Assembly (NCBI GenBank): GCA_951406725.2
Contig: OX597827.1
Span: 51,336,001 to 51,400,000, forward strand
Direction: 5' to 3'
Length of the DNA stretch: 64,000 nt
Source of the DNA: Octopus vulgaris
Lineage: Eukaryota
In this document: in pieces, positions 12,370 through 25,870 of the stretch
Layout: every line of letters starts with the position of its first letter
Position numbering within the stretch: the first letter of the stretch is position 1
Made by a program: the position numbers and the translations under genes
The notes under the pieces: generated by a model
Seen by the model: the letters and a program-made list of their open reading frames with translations, nothing else
Databases searched by the model: none
What the model was told of the DNA's origin: nothing

Positions 12370-12765
12370 TAAAAATTTTGCTTCCCAACCACATGTTTCC
12401 AGGTTCAATCCCACTGTTTGGCACCTTGGGCAGGTGTCTTTTACTATAACCTCGGGCAGAGCAAAGCCTTGTGAGTGGATTTGGTAGGTGGAAACTGAAA
12501 AAGCCCATCGTGTGTATGTATGTATGTATCTGTGTGTATGTGTGTGTGTCTTTGTATCTGTTTTGTCCCCAACTTGACTACTTGACAACCAGTGTTGGTG
12601 TGTTTACTTCCCTGTACCTTAGTGATTCAGCAAAAGAGACCAATAGAATAAGTACCAGGCTTAAAGAAATATACTGGGCTTGATTCATTTAACTCAAATT
12701 CCTCAAGGTGGTGCCCCAGTTTGGCCACAGTCTAATAACTGCAACAAGTAAAAGATAAAAGATAT
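12370..12765 (+). mobile_element. tRNA-derived SINE family 2 (internal microsatellite)
   Basis: B-box ggttcaatccc, CORE-like accttgggcaggtg and tail aaacaagtaaaagataaaag. Matches 50573-50970. Confidence 0.75.
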
Positions 12766-13014
12766 ATCATCAATCAAGCTACTGTCTGTTAATTTACTGT
12801 AATTCAAAATATTCTATAATTTGACAGGCACAGTATCCCATAAGTAGAGCAGAATTTACATATTACATCTTTTTTTTATCTTTTCTATTTGTTTCAGTCA
12901 TTAGACTGCAGCCATGCTGGGGCACCACCTGAATAATTTTTAGTCAAATGAATCAATCTGAGTACTAATTTTCTTTTATATGTTTGAAAAACAAATTACC
13001 AACAATGACTAACA

Positions 13015-13187
13015 TAGTGTGGTGAGAAGTTTGCTTCCCAACTACATGGTTCCAGGTTCAGTCCCACTGCATGGCATCTTGGGCAAGTGCCTTCTACTAC
13101 AGCCTCAGACCAACCAAAGCCTTGTTAGTGGATTTAATATATGGAAACTGAAAGAAGCCCATTGTGTGTGTGTGTATGCACAATAGA

Positions 13188-13223
<36 letters not shown>

Positions 13224-13535
13224 AAGAGGGTCTCTTTATATATAATTATAACAAAGAGGGTCTCTTTGCAACAAGTTGCTAGACCACATACCGAAAGTAT
13301 TAGAAATAGCAGCCAGAGGACTGTTATTTCTTTTACTACAAAAATATGTCTCCACAGACAACAGTATTTGTAACTCACAATATTTGTAACTCACTAAGTA
13401 GTTCAGTAAAAAGACACCAACAGAATAAATACCAATCTTGGAAAAAGTTCTGGGGTTGATTCATTCAACTATAATTTCCTCAAGATGGTGCACCAGCATG
13501 GCTGCAGTTCATTGATTGAAACAAGTGAAAGAATG
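13015..13535 (+). mobile_element. tRNA-derived SINE family 2, diverged
   Basis: Same head (ggttcagtccc, atcttgggcaagtg) and tail as 50573-50970. Confidence 0.7.
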
Positions 13536-14002
13536 ATACAGATGGTATTTTGACAATGTCAAATAATCAACAAGATAAAATCTTCAGTCAAACTTTGATC
13601 GCTATTTCATACAAAAATTTGACAACCAGGCAATTAGCCTATTTTCTCTTACTCAAGTATCAATTCTTTCTCACTCTTTCTCTACCCATCCACCCATTCC
13701 CTTTCTTCTCCCTGACAAGTGCATCAAAAGCCATTAACTGCTATGGTACTTTCGCTAAATATGAATTTCTGGATATAGCAACAGGGTGTTTAACCAGAAA
13801 CTTTCACTGCCTGTATTAGTAGAAACTCTAGAGCTGGTTAATGAGTTAAAATGTACTGTCTTTGTAGGAACTGTAAATGATGATAACATACACTATGAAG
13901 GAGTATAAGTTTTTTTTATTCAATTAATCTCTTTCAATAGTTTGCCACTAGTAATTGACTAGTAAACTGAATATTTGTCACTGTGGATTTTCCATAAGTT
14001 TA

Positions 14003-14325
14003 TTCAATTCAATTCAATTCAATTTTTATTGACTCAAAAAGCAAAAGCAAGGCCATGTAGGGGGACAGGGAGTTATGTACAGGGAAGGTGGTCATGCAAA
14101 GAGTTCAGGCCATTTCTGGTCAAGAGAGACTTTGAACTGAGTGGTCGTTGGCATCTTCACTATCTCATCTGGCAGCTTACTCCACGAATCCGCAACCCGG
14201 ACGGAGAAAGCCCCTCTCCTTCGATTGAGATGAAATCGTCTTAGATAGAGCTTTTTGGAGTGACCCCGCAGCCCACGCACTGGAGCAGGAGTGACGAACA
14301 GCTCTTTTGAGAGGTTATTATTTAT
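14003..14325 (-). mobile_element. CR1-group LINE 3' fragment
   Basis: LRGHSKKL...RRGAFSVRVADSWSKLP...FKVSLD C-terminal motif, then AATAAA and an (AATTG)n tail. Confidence 0.8.
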
Positions 14326-14624
14326 AATGTGAAACAAATTAAAGTGAATAGACTGAGGTGGTAGTTTCTTATGTGGCAAGAAAGATTATGAACAAAACTG
14401 CTTTTAGTCCTTGTCAAATCTTTTAGCTTAATGAAGCGATACTAAATAAGTAACTGAATGATTGTTACTATGGTTGTTAATTTTTTAACTTTCAGATTCT
14501 GATCATGGATTGCATGATTTGAGCGCACATCACGTACGCATATCCACATTTAAGTTGTGTGTGAGTATGTGCACATATGTGCGCATGTGCATATGCATGT
14601 GTGTGCACATATATTTGAATGCAT

Positions 14625-14975
<351 letters not shown>

Positions 14976-15179
14976 ATGTGTGGCAAACTAATACATCTGC
15001 TTGTTTCTACATTTATCTTCATCTTTTGTTTTTCTGTAAATTTGAACTATATATACATATATATGTATAAACACATACTTATAAATATATACACTTATAT
15101 ACATGTAGTGATCCCAACCTCTGTCACTACCATCTTTTCAAAGTATGTTTCACCACTAGTGGTTAAGTTTTCTACTGCA

Positions 15180-15700
15180 CCACATATCACCACTCAATAT
15201 GATCCCTTATCACCTCCTTTAGGTCAGCATTTACCACTTGTCTTCCTCAGTTTCCCTTTTCCAGGGATTCCAATAACTTGGAGTACATGACACTTCATTA
15301 TGCAGCAATTATCTTCCATGTGTAGTCACATGCCCATACTAATGAATTCCCCCTCTCTTGTGCACTACATCTGATTCCCCTTATACTCAGTTTTTCTGTC
15401 TGCTGAGTGGTACTCAAATGTTCATGCCCACTGACATTATACATACATCTAAATGTGTTTGCTTCATTTCTTTTTAGACATTGCAGATCTTCTGTAGTCA
15501 ACACCAGTGTCTCCCTACCCTACAACATCGGTTTGAACACAAACATCATACAATCCGCCCTTCAGTCTTGGGGGTGAAGACATTTGTTGCCAGCTGCAGT
15601 AACAGCTCCTTGAACTTTTTCTAACCGGTACTTACACTAGCTACTATACTTTACTTTCAGAACAACTACCTCCGCTGTAAAATATGTCACCTAGGCAACA
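15180..15700 (-). mobile_element. RTE LINE C-terminal fragment
   Basis: EDLQCLKRNEANTFRCMYNV...LSIRGIRCSAQER resembles the RTE ORF end (RNE..MLRWMC...LRW.GHV). Confidence 0.65.
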
Positions 15701-16263
15701 GAAACCACACACACACACACACACACATACATATTATATATATTATATACATATACACATACACACACATATATATTATTTTACAAATTCTAGAAAAATG
15801 TCAGTTATTGAAATATCCTAAAAACGATACAATAAAATGGTAATCTTGTTGAATTCTTCAGGCATATCTAGTTCAACTACCCAGGTCATCTGAGTGGCTG
15901 GCAGTATAAATGGCATGCAGTAGACCTCATATCCTGGAATCCCTGAGCCGTGGCAGTTGTAGGCTGCGGGTGAGGTGTGGGGGTGGGGGTCAAGAGAGGA
16001 TGCATCAAGAAGGTCAATGGACATCGCTTAGTAGCCAGCCTATGTTAATGCCGAAGGAACTTTTGAACCACCTTGTGTGCATGTATGTACCTAATTGTAT
16101 GTGTGTGTGTGTGTATAGGAAGGAAGAGAAAGAATTAGATATACATATACATACTGTCATTTAGAAGTGTTGCGTTCAAAATGTCTAAATCCTGCTTATA
16201 TACATATAGATATAATACATATATATATATATGTATACATACATACATACATACATACATACA

Positions 16264-16331
<68 letters not shown>

Positions 16332-16626
16332 ATACACACATTCATTCATACATACATACAACATTTTCTATAGAACTGGTGGATAGCATCAAGTTAATGT
16401 AAATGTAATAGTATATTTTATTGTACATGCAGTTTGTTGTATATATTGCAGAAGTATACAGCATTCAGAATAAATTTAATATTTTAGTGAATATCTAATA
16501 TTTGAAAAAAAAAAAAATATTCATGCCAGGTAGACATATCTGAATACTAGCATACATAAGTAATGCATAATGTCCAACATTTACATGCAGAAAGAGCAGG
16601 CAGTGTTATTCCACTGAACATGTATC

Positions 16627-16640
16627 ACTTACCATACACG
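16627..16640 (-). promoter_or_regulatory. Candidate splice donor of a non-coding first exon of the minus-strand ZNF (intron 11108-16632)
   Basis: Minus strand reads gtgtatg|GTAAGT in non-repeat sequence. The pairing with the 11107 acceptor is inferred. Confidence 0.45.
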
Positions 16641-17720
16641 ACAGCATCGTCAAGAACTACCCTTTATCTTATATGGTGTCTCTTTGGTGCAATATTCTCA
16701 GTGTTTGTATATTAACACACACATCTGTATATGCTAACGTCTACTATGTATGTATATGCTTGTAATATCTATATGTGTTTTCAGAAAAGTGGGAGAGAGA
16801 GAGAGAGAAAGAGAAAGACATAGAGACAAAGGTGGAGAGAGAAGGAGAGAGAGAGAGAGAAAGAGAGAGAGATAGTGTGCGTGTGTGTGTGTGTGTGAAA
16901 AAGATAGATACACTCACAGACAGAATGTATGAGTTGGAGTGTTATTCGTGAGTTTTAGTCCCACAGTAACAAACTATATTTCCAACACTGAACATTATTT
17001 TTCAAGATAATTTTACATTACAATGACATGCAGACGCTTCTGTTGCAAGACACCCACCCTAATTTCATTATCCCTCCCCACTCTGTCTGACTGCTTCTCT
17101 CTCCCTCTCTCATGTGTGTATATGTATGTGTATGCGTGTGTGTATGTATGTATATATATATATATATATATATGTTTGTGCGAATGTGCTTATGTACGTA
17201 TATGTATGTGAACTATATACATATATATATATGTATTTATAAACAAACACATGTAAGCGTACATACACTCACATACACATGTGTATGCATGTGTGTGTAT
17301 TTGTGCACATACACACAGACACATACACACATATACACACACACGCCCTTACTCAAGCATCTTTATACTCTATTACATGCACACACGCAACAAGCTATAC
17401 ATTATGTTATCACGTAGTCTCTACCTCCTTGATTGTACTGCTGCTACTGCTGTTGTTCTGCCTGTTTGGTTTCCAACTTGATACAGCTGTCTCTGCTATC
17501 CCATTGCAAAAAGCTGGCCTTGTCTCTGGGAACCACATTTCATGTTTAACCCTAGAAAGCAGACACAAAATGGTGTCGTTTTATATATATGCGAATGTTC
17601 GACTGCTGTTCTAATTGATGGTGGTAGTTATGGTGATGCTGGAGGTTGTAAAGGGTAGAAAACATGTGAGATGGTACCAGCCATTCTTTTTGACTACTGA
17701 TTGGCAATCTTTAAACTCGT

Positions 17721-17786
<66 letters not shown>

Positions 17787-19105
17787 ATTTGCTCGTCTTA
17801 TTACAAATCCATGTCACACTTGCCGTCGTCATCGACTTTGACATTCTTATAATGGTAATGATGATGATGAAGATGATGATGATGATGATGAAAATCACTG
17901 TTGCTGCTGCCTTCACTGTTGTTATCTTTGAAAACGACTTTACAATTTGCCCTTTTACAAGAACCAACCCCCTCAAAAAAAAAAAAAAAAACAAAAACAA
18001 AACCCCCAAAAAAACAGACAGAAGATTTAAAGAATTATTTTGCCAAATTAACTCGTATTGAATGAAGCTTGTATTTTTATACTAAAATCACAACTGACCA
18101 GCAAAGTCTCTCTTTCCCCACCCTCGCTCTTGCATACATGTTTTCTATCGATTTCCTGATGGAGTTATCGAAAATGTTGATGGTATTATTTTCTTTTTTA
18201 AATCACATGTCAACTCTGATCGAGCATCTATGGTCAAAGGCTATGACTATCTATGACTATCCAGTCTGCTGGATATATATTATCCGATCTATCCGGTTTA
18301 TTTTTTTTCATGATTGTAGTGAGACTGGTTGCTATTTCTAGCGTATCGAGCGATCTCTTTGAGACTTCCTTGTTGGCTGGTATATTATTATGTTGATTGT
18401 AATTACAATAATTTATTGAGGCAGTGCATTTTCATAGCTGACCGAGAGAGCATAGCACGAACGACTATGATAAACGACGTCTCTTGATCACGACTATTAT
18501 TTTTTGTTTGTCAATAAAATGAGTGAGTACCAGTCAGATATTGGGGTCTGAAAGTAAACATACCTAAGTCAAAATGTTAATACAAAAACAAAAAAAGTAG
18601 TTTCGACTAAAGAGAGGAAATGAAGGAAGAAGATTATGCTGTGATTGTTGATAAGCCTTGGAGTGACCTAATCCAGATGAAATAGCATCTAAATATTCAT
18701 CAATTTACACCTTACTATCTTGAAAAAACTTATAGACCTATTAGATAACGTAGACAATACTAAACAATAGGAAGAAAAAAATCAAGATGGTTATGGATGG
18801 AAGGCTTTTGAATGTAGGGTCAGATTAATCATTGACTGGTGGTGGTGGGTTTAACAATAACGTTCCAACAGTAAACAAGTGTATTTTTTACTTTCTTTTC
18901 CAAGCTTCTGTGTAACTAGATGTGATTTACCAAAGATGACTCGCATGTTCAAGAGGGTAGCAGGAGATTTGAGGGTTTATTGGATACTAATTATTAGCAC
19001 GTCCCACGAGAATATAAACTGTTCTCATGCCGGCATGATGCAGAGGCTGTTTTCTGCAGTTGACAAGATGGAAAAATATTTTCCAGAGATACATTACCAA
19101 TATCA

Positions 19106-19259
19106 ATACATACATACATACATACATACATACATACATACATACATACATACATACATACATACATACATACATACATACATACATACATACATACATA
19201 CATACATACATACATACATACATACATACATACATACATACATACATACATACATACAT
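19106..19259. repeat. (TACA)n microsatellite
   Basis: Read directly. Confidence 0.95.
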
Positions 19260-19675
19260 CTGTGCGTGTGTGTTCACCCAAGAAGCGATAAATTATAGGA
19301 CTCCATACGTAAATGTAGATAGTTCTTTAACAGATTTTAGCTTAAATTTTCAAGAACTTCGAGTTTCGCGTCAGTGATCTTTCAGTTGACAATCTGTCTG
19401 AGACTATTGACTCTTAAAAATCAATGATGCTGGAATATATATTTTCAAATACTTTCATATGACATTTTTTTAATGTATTAAGATAAGCGTATCTCTAGAT
19501 AGATTTCATGTATGAAAGTATGTTCAAACATCCGATGATAATTTAAAAGGCAAGAGTCAGGTCATCAGTTGAAAGAGCGGGGACGTGAAACGCGGGGTGC
19601 TGGCATTATTGAGCGATTTGGTTTATATTTACATGATGCATAAATATCACACACACACATAGGTATATATATGTA

Positions 19676-19738
<63 letters not shown>

Positions 19739-19803
19739 ATATATATAGACATACATGTATGTATATATGTATATATATAGACATACATGTATGTATATAT
19801 GTA

Positions 19804-19860
<57 letters not shown>

Positions 19861-19914
19861 GTGTATATATATATATACGCATATATATGTATGTATATAG
19901 ATCGGTAGCCACTA

Positions 19915-20074
19915 CGCACATTTTTTTCTCGTTTCTTTCTGTGTTCCTTTCTGTGAAAGAGCATAGGCTCGAAACGTAAAATACCTTTTCAATTCCTGAG
20001 CGTTATACTAATACATCTGTTTGTTTTCTACACCACCTGTCTTTGTCTTTTGCTTTTTTCGTGAATTCTCCACC

Positions 20075-20078
<4 letters not shown>
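19915..20078 (+). mobile_element. Penelope-like pLTR family B with HHR-like motif (19947-19982)
   Basis: CTTT-CTGTGAA-A-GAGC(atag)GCTC-GAAACGTA. Flanked by (TA)n and homologous to 22930-23088. Confidence 0.6.
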
Positions 20079-20120
<42 letters not shown>

Positions 20121-20257
20121 CTGAACCCGAGCGAACCCGCCCCCACTCCACTGTAATGTCATCGGTTTGTTTTCTACATTCGATTTTATGTCTTTGTCTT
20201 TTGTGAATTTTTTTTTGAATTCTCCTTGTAACCCCTATATATATGACCCCACATAGG

Positions 20258-20352
<95 letters not shown>

Positions 20353-20527
20353 TGTGTGTGTTTGTGTGTATAGATACACAGCCGACAGCTGATGAAGGGT
20401 CGTTCTTTGTGTTGCTAGTCCTGTTTTCCATTTGTTTATCTCGTTGTTTGCATATTAAACTCATTTGTTTTCGTATTTCATGTTGTTTACTGTTGGTGAC
20501 ATCCTTTACCCATATATGCATATGTAT

Positions 20528-20559
<32 letters not shown>

Positions 20560-20701
20560 GTATAATTTATATATATGTATACGCACGCACACATATATGC
20601 ATATACATACATATATGCACTTGTATGCACACGTACACTTTCAAGAAATAGAGTTCTAGGTAATAATATGTACATGTAAGTAACGATATATGCATATATG
20701 A

Positions 20702-21285
20702 AGGCGGCGAGCTGGCAGAATCGTTAGCACGCCGAGCGAAATGCTTAACAGTATTTCGTCTGCTGCTACATTCTGAGTTCAAATTCCGCCGATGTCGACT
20801 TTGCCTTTCATCCTTTCGGGGTCGATTAAATAAGTACCAGTTACACACTGGGGTCGATATAATCGACTTAATCCGTTTGTCTGTCCTTGTTTGTCCTCTG
20901 TGTTTAGCCCCTTGTGGGTAGTAAAGAAATAGGTATTTCGTCTGCCGCTACGTTCTAAGTTCAAATTCCGCCGAGGTCGACTTTGCCTTTCATCCTTTAG
21001 GGGGGCGATAAATTAAGTACCAGCTACGCACTGGGGTCGATATAATCGACTTAATCCGTTTGTCTGTCCTTGTTTGTCCTCTCTGTGTTTAGCCCCTTGT
21101 GGGCAGAAAAGAGATAGGTATTTCGTCTGCCGCTACGTTCTGAATACAAATTCCGCCGAAGTCGACTTTGCCTTTCATCCTTTAGGGGGTCGATAAATTA
21201 AGTACCAGTTGCATACTGGAGTCGATCTTATCGACTGGCCCCCTCCCCCCAAACTTCGGGCCTTGTGCCTAGAGTAGAAAAGAAT
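20702..21285 (+). mobile_element. SINE family 1, tandem trimer
   Basis: Head GGCGGCGAGCTGGCAGAA, then three ~182-bp units, each with GTTCAAATTCC (B-box-like, degenerate in unit 3) and gcctttcatcctt..gataaattaagtaccag. Confidence 0.85.
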
Positions 21286-21689
21286 ATATGCATTTATGTA
21301 AAAATACATACACATATACATGCATAAAATAATGTACTCAAACAGTGGGTAGAAATGATATAAAGTACGCTTGCATGAAAATGTTTTAATTTGGGCATAA
21401 TATGCATATATATTCGCATACACACATACGCATTTATGTATCTACACATATAGTTAGGCATTAATACATAGCTAAAAAACCAAAAAGACGAATTATATGT
21501 AACACACACTTTTCTATATACTTATACACGTACATGCTACATGTACTTATACATATTCGTGTTTTAATTACCGGAATTTAATTATTTGGGCAAAATCGAG
21601 ACAGCTGTTAGAGAATATGCTGAATTTTTGCAGTTAATAAATTATATTAATGCTACTTCTCCATTTTCTGAATTTTGATACATATATAA

Positions 21690-21878
21690 ATATGAACAAA
21701 GAGAAAACACAACAACGCGAGGACATGGAACAAGTATAGTGTTATTGGACGCTCAGGAAAGGAAAGAAAGAAGGAGGATTTAACGTTTCGAGCGGAGCTC
21801 TTCGTCAGAAACATAGAAAAAGGAAAGGTCCAAGGAAGGGAAGACGGAGAAAGAAAATCGCCAACGATACACACGCGG

Positions 21879-21883
<5 letters not shown>
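21690..21883 (-). mobile_element. Penelope-like solo pLTR family A with HHR (21777-21812)
   Basis: Minus strand GTTT-CTGACGA-A-GAGC(tcc)GCTC-GAAACGTT-AAAT. Homologous to 42487-42692 and 52336-52542. Confidence 0.75.
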
Positions 21884-21957
<74 letters not shown>

Positions 21958-22119
21958 TGTATGTATGTATATATATATATATAAAATATATATAAAAATA
22001 CAAAATGGAAGAAGAACGCAAAACATTCAAATAGAAGACACAAAAAAAACGGACGGGTCATTCGAAGCCTCTAATCTTCAGTCAAGAACAGGATCATCCT
22101 CGCAATTTCGGCTGATTGG

Positions 22120-22760
22120 TCATTAAGTAGTTCATATATCCAAAAAGATGCACACTCTAAAACATTAGAGCAGTAGTATTTAGAAGTTATTTGTTATGGC
22201 CACTCTCAGAGTGACCATTGGTTTCGCACCCACAAGGCGCTTAGCTGTACAGGCGACTCGTCAGACTTAAATGACCGGAGGTACGTAACGTCTCTAACTT
22301 TTTTCACTCAACATCAAGTCTTGCGTGAGAAGGATTTTCTTTAGATTAGTGGCCAAATACTTCACACAGGTAGTGATGTTTGTTTAACAGACACAACTTA
22401 AAGAGTCTCTTTCATTTGTATACCTCACGTTAAAAGAAAATATTAGTTAAGCACCGCTAAACTACAAGCAGAGGCAGGTTGCCCATGTAGTGTTAATGAG
22501 TGTCCAGTGGATGTAGTGTATGAAGCTGAAGTAGTGACCGTCACTGGTGACTTCAGCAGCGGCGTTGATGATCACAAAAAAAGCTCCTTTTGCAAACCAG
22601 GCTACAAAAGACATAGTAAACCAATGCGAAGTGAACAAATACCTGATAAACTAGCCTTCTATCATCATACACTAAAATAAATTATTTTCGCTCGGTTTTG
22701 TTTGCGAAACGGCCGTCACACTATGGCTTTCAACTGGTGAAATGAACATATTCATCTCAT
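22120..22760 (+). pseudogene. Decayed Penelope-like RT-linker/GIY-YIG fragment
   Basis: DFLRLVAKYF..LFNRHNLK.SF.CIP..CP..VVYEAEVV, read across frameshifts. Confidence 0.55.
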
Positions 22761-22793
22761 ACCTTCTGACTATCTTTATATTCTATATATATA

Positions 22794-22916
22794 CAGGGCC
22801 GGCCCCAGGGTTGCTGGTGCCTCGAGCAAGTTGGACTTCGGGGGATTTGTCTTTGTCATGCTCTCCTTGGCGCCCCGGGCGGCTTCCCGTGTTGCCGATA
22901 CCTTGAGCCGCCCCTA
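22794..22916. mobile_element. GC-rich hAT-like MITE inserted in (TA)n
   Basis: TIR CAGGGCCGGC...GCCGCCCCTA. Confidence 0.55.
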
Positions 22917-22929
22917 TATATATATATCT

Positions 22930-23084
22930 ATCTTTATTTTCTCTCCTTGTTTCTTTCTGTGTTCCTTTCTGTGGAAGAGCGTAGGCTCGAAACGTTAAAG
23001 ACTTTTTCAATTCCCGAACGTTATACTAATACATCTGTTTGTTTTATACACCACCTGTCTTCGTCTTTTTTTTTTGTGAATTCT

Positions 23085-23088
<4 letters not shown>
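22930..23088 (+). mobile_element. Penelope-like pLTR family B with HHR-like motif (22965-23000)
   Basis: CTTT-CTGTGGA-A-GAGC(gtag)GCTC-GAAACGTT-AAAG. Stem I is CTTT/AAAG. Confidence 0.65.
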
Positions 23089-23131
<43 letters not shown>

Positions 23132-23380
23132 CATACATACATACATACATACATACATACATACATACATACACGACAGGCTTCTTTCCGTTTTTGTCTA
23201 CCAAATCCATATACAAGGCTTTGGTTGGCCTGAGGCTATAATCGAAGACACTCAATGTATCACACAATGGGACTGAACATCGATGAATCATGTGGTTGGG
23301 ATGCAAGCCTCTTACCATGCAGCCACGTACATATATACATAAATGCATACAAATGCATGATGACAGATCAATAAAGAGAT

Positions 23381-23438
<58 letters not shown>

Positions 23439-23519
23439 ATTCGAGACAAAACCACTATTTTAAAACCAAACAAGGAAAGACTTAATCAATACATAAAATT
23501 TTAATATAAATTAAATAAA

Positions 23520-23663
<144 letters not shown>

Positions 23664-23795
23664 CAGACAGACACGTAAGTAGGTAGGTAGGTAGTTCGGT
23701 GGTATGCATGGATGGTGATATAGATTCAGAACCTGACACTCAAACAGTAAGAGAAATGGACACTGCATTAAACAGCTGAACACTTTGTGTGTGCG

Positions 23796-23828
<33 letters not shown>

Positions 23829-24039
23829 CATTTCTAAATATGTCAGAGAGATTTATGCAGTAGTGATACGATAAAGTAGTTGTATACTGTCAACTTAATG
23901 TGACAGTCCCATGAAGGGAATAATACTACTGCTATTTAGCTCTAGGAAGCAGCAACACTTCCTGTCGGCCTTGACACATTTCCTGTGTCCTTATGTTTGC
24001 AAGGGGGAGATAAACACCTCCACCCAACGAAGCCTGCAT

Positions 24040-24080
24040 CCAGAGACTAGTTTCTGAGTCTTTGCTCGTTATCAGTCTGG
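24040..24080 (-). ncRNA. Minimal type-I hammerhead motif with GUC site, one core mismatch
   Basis: CCAGA-CTGATAA-C-GAG(caaaga)CTC-A-GAAACTAGTC-TCTGG. Stem I is a perfect 5 bp and stem III is the palindrome ACTAGT. Confidence 0.65.
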
Positions 24081-24119
24081 TGTAGCATGGCCTTATTTCT
24101 TTATTATAGGCACAATGGC

Positions 24120-25870
24120 CTGATTATATAGAAGGAACAATACAAAATACATGCGGGAACACAAAACGAATAAAAAAATGAGAATGAAATGAATATAAAC
24201 ATTATGTAAATGAGACAGCCACCTTGCCCCGCTGCGAGACGAACTGTGATTATCTCTACATAGAACTTACTTTCTTAAACTTACAACAAAAACTTTACAA
24301 AAAACATTGATTTTTACAACTGTCCTAGCTTCGCTACAATGCAAAACTGTGTCCTTTTCTTTCATTTTTTGTTCTACAGTTCGTATATGTCCTTTTACGA
24401 ATTACAGTTTTTCTTTCTTTTTTCTTTTTTTTTTATAATGTAATTGTCTGTTCATCAATTTTTCATTATTACAATTTATAACGTTCATTTTTCTTTTTTC
24501 ATTCGTAATTTTTCTACATCTTCCTACTTACCTTTTTCATCCTTTCCCGTTATGTTTCTCTCCGTTTTTTTTTTTTTTTGTTTGTTTTCCTCTATGCTTT
24601 TTCCTCCCTTCACCTCCTCGCCGTTCTGGTTCTTCTCTCCACTGCAACTCCACATTCTGCACTCTCTCATATTCCGGTTCATCTGTATGTCTGTTCGACT
24701 GTACTTGTTCGTTCTCTCTTTGCGTACCTCTGCTGTATCTCTCCTGGTTCCCCTGTTCCGCCTCCTCGTCACTTTGTATCTCTATTTCCTCTTCCGACAT
24801 CTCTGTTGTTAGCTCTTCCATAACTTTAGTTTCGCGTAGTGTCTCCTCTTCCTCATTTTTGCTTCTTTTTATCTCTCTTACTATTGGGGATCTTTTCCTT
24901 TCCCGCTTTCTGCTTTTTATTCTGTTTTTTTCCTTCTCCGCCGGTTCCTCGGCCCATTGTCTTTGTTCTTCTGCAATACTTTCCATTACTTCCTTTGCCA
25001 ATTCCTCGACTGGTTTACAGTCTTTAATTTTATGGCATCTCATAATTATGTCTAATCTATCACCTGTTGGTAACTCTATTTTTTCTGGAACTTCTTTGTA
25101 ATATTCTGGGGTTACAGCTCCGATTATTTCAATGCCGTATCCCCAGAAATTTCTACATCCGGTTTTGCTGACTAGTTCTGTTTCCAAATCAAGGCTACCT
25201 TTTCGTAGCTTTTCTCTAAAAATGGCCACTATTACCCATTCTGGCTCTATCGTTGGGGGCAGTCTTCCCACTATGACTCTTATTAAAGTCTTTCTCGGCG
25301 TGCTGGGTAACAGTGATCATTTTCTGCCTACTGTTACTTGTTTGCTGTTAATTACCATGTCCTCTTCTTTCTCAAAAGTTACCTCTACAGGTTGGGGACA
25401 GTCTTCCCACTATGACTCTTATTAAAGTCTTTCTCGGCGTGCTGGGTAACAGTGATCATTTTCTGCCTACTGTTACTTGTTTGCTGTTAATTACCATGTC
25501 CTCTTCTTTCTCAAAAGTTACCTCTACAGTTCTGTATTCTTTTCCTTTGTTCATGAACACAATTTTCTCCTCTATGCTGCTCAAAATTAGTATCTCAATC
25601 TCATTTTCTGGTACTCTCTCTATCGTTCTGTTTTCATTTGAAAAGGTTCGAAATTTAACTGTTCTTTCTATTTTCTTCTTCTCTTCTTCTGGCATAGCAA
25701 TTCTTCCTCAAACTTCACCATGTTGCTATATTTTCTTAACTTCTTTATATCCCATTGTATCTGCTGATGCTTCAGCCTTCCTCTGTTCATTGCTTCCTGC
25801 ATTTCTGCCACTTCAGCATACATTTTCATGTCATCCTTTCTCGTTATGCCCAACATGACGGTGAGATTAT
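24120..25870 (-). mobile_element. LINE ORF1-like (gag-like) relic with no RT visible
   Basis: Broken ORF: RTVKFRTF..YRTVEVTFE..LPPTIEPEWVI..RCHKIKDC, then a charged tail. A related fragment lies at 55420-55790. Assignment to an L1/Tx1-type ORF1 is inferred. Confidence 0.5.
25252..25529. repeat. 139-bp tandem duplication (25252-25390 and 25391-25529)
   Basis: Two units with one visible mismatch. Confidence 0.9.

Noticed and set aside
20702-20790. tRNA gene
   Set aside because: It has A/B-box-like motifs but no cloverleaf. It is the head of a multicopy SINE.
22055-22120. Minus-strand GAAA...CUGAAGA arrangement as a type-II hammerhead
   Set aside because: Stem I cannot form and stem II needs a 5-nt insertion.
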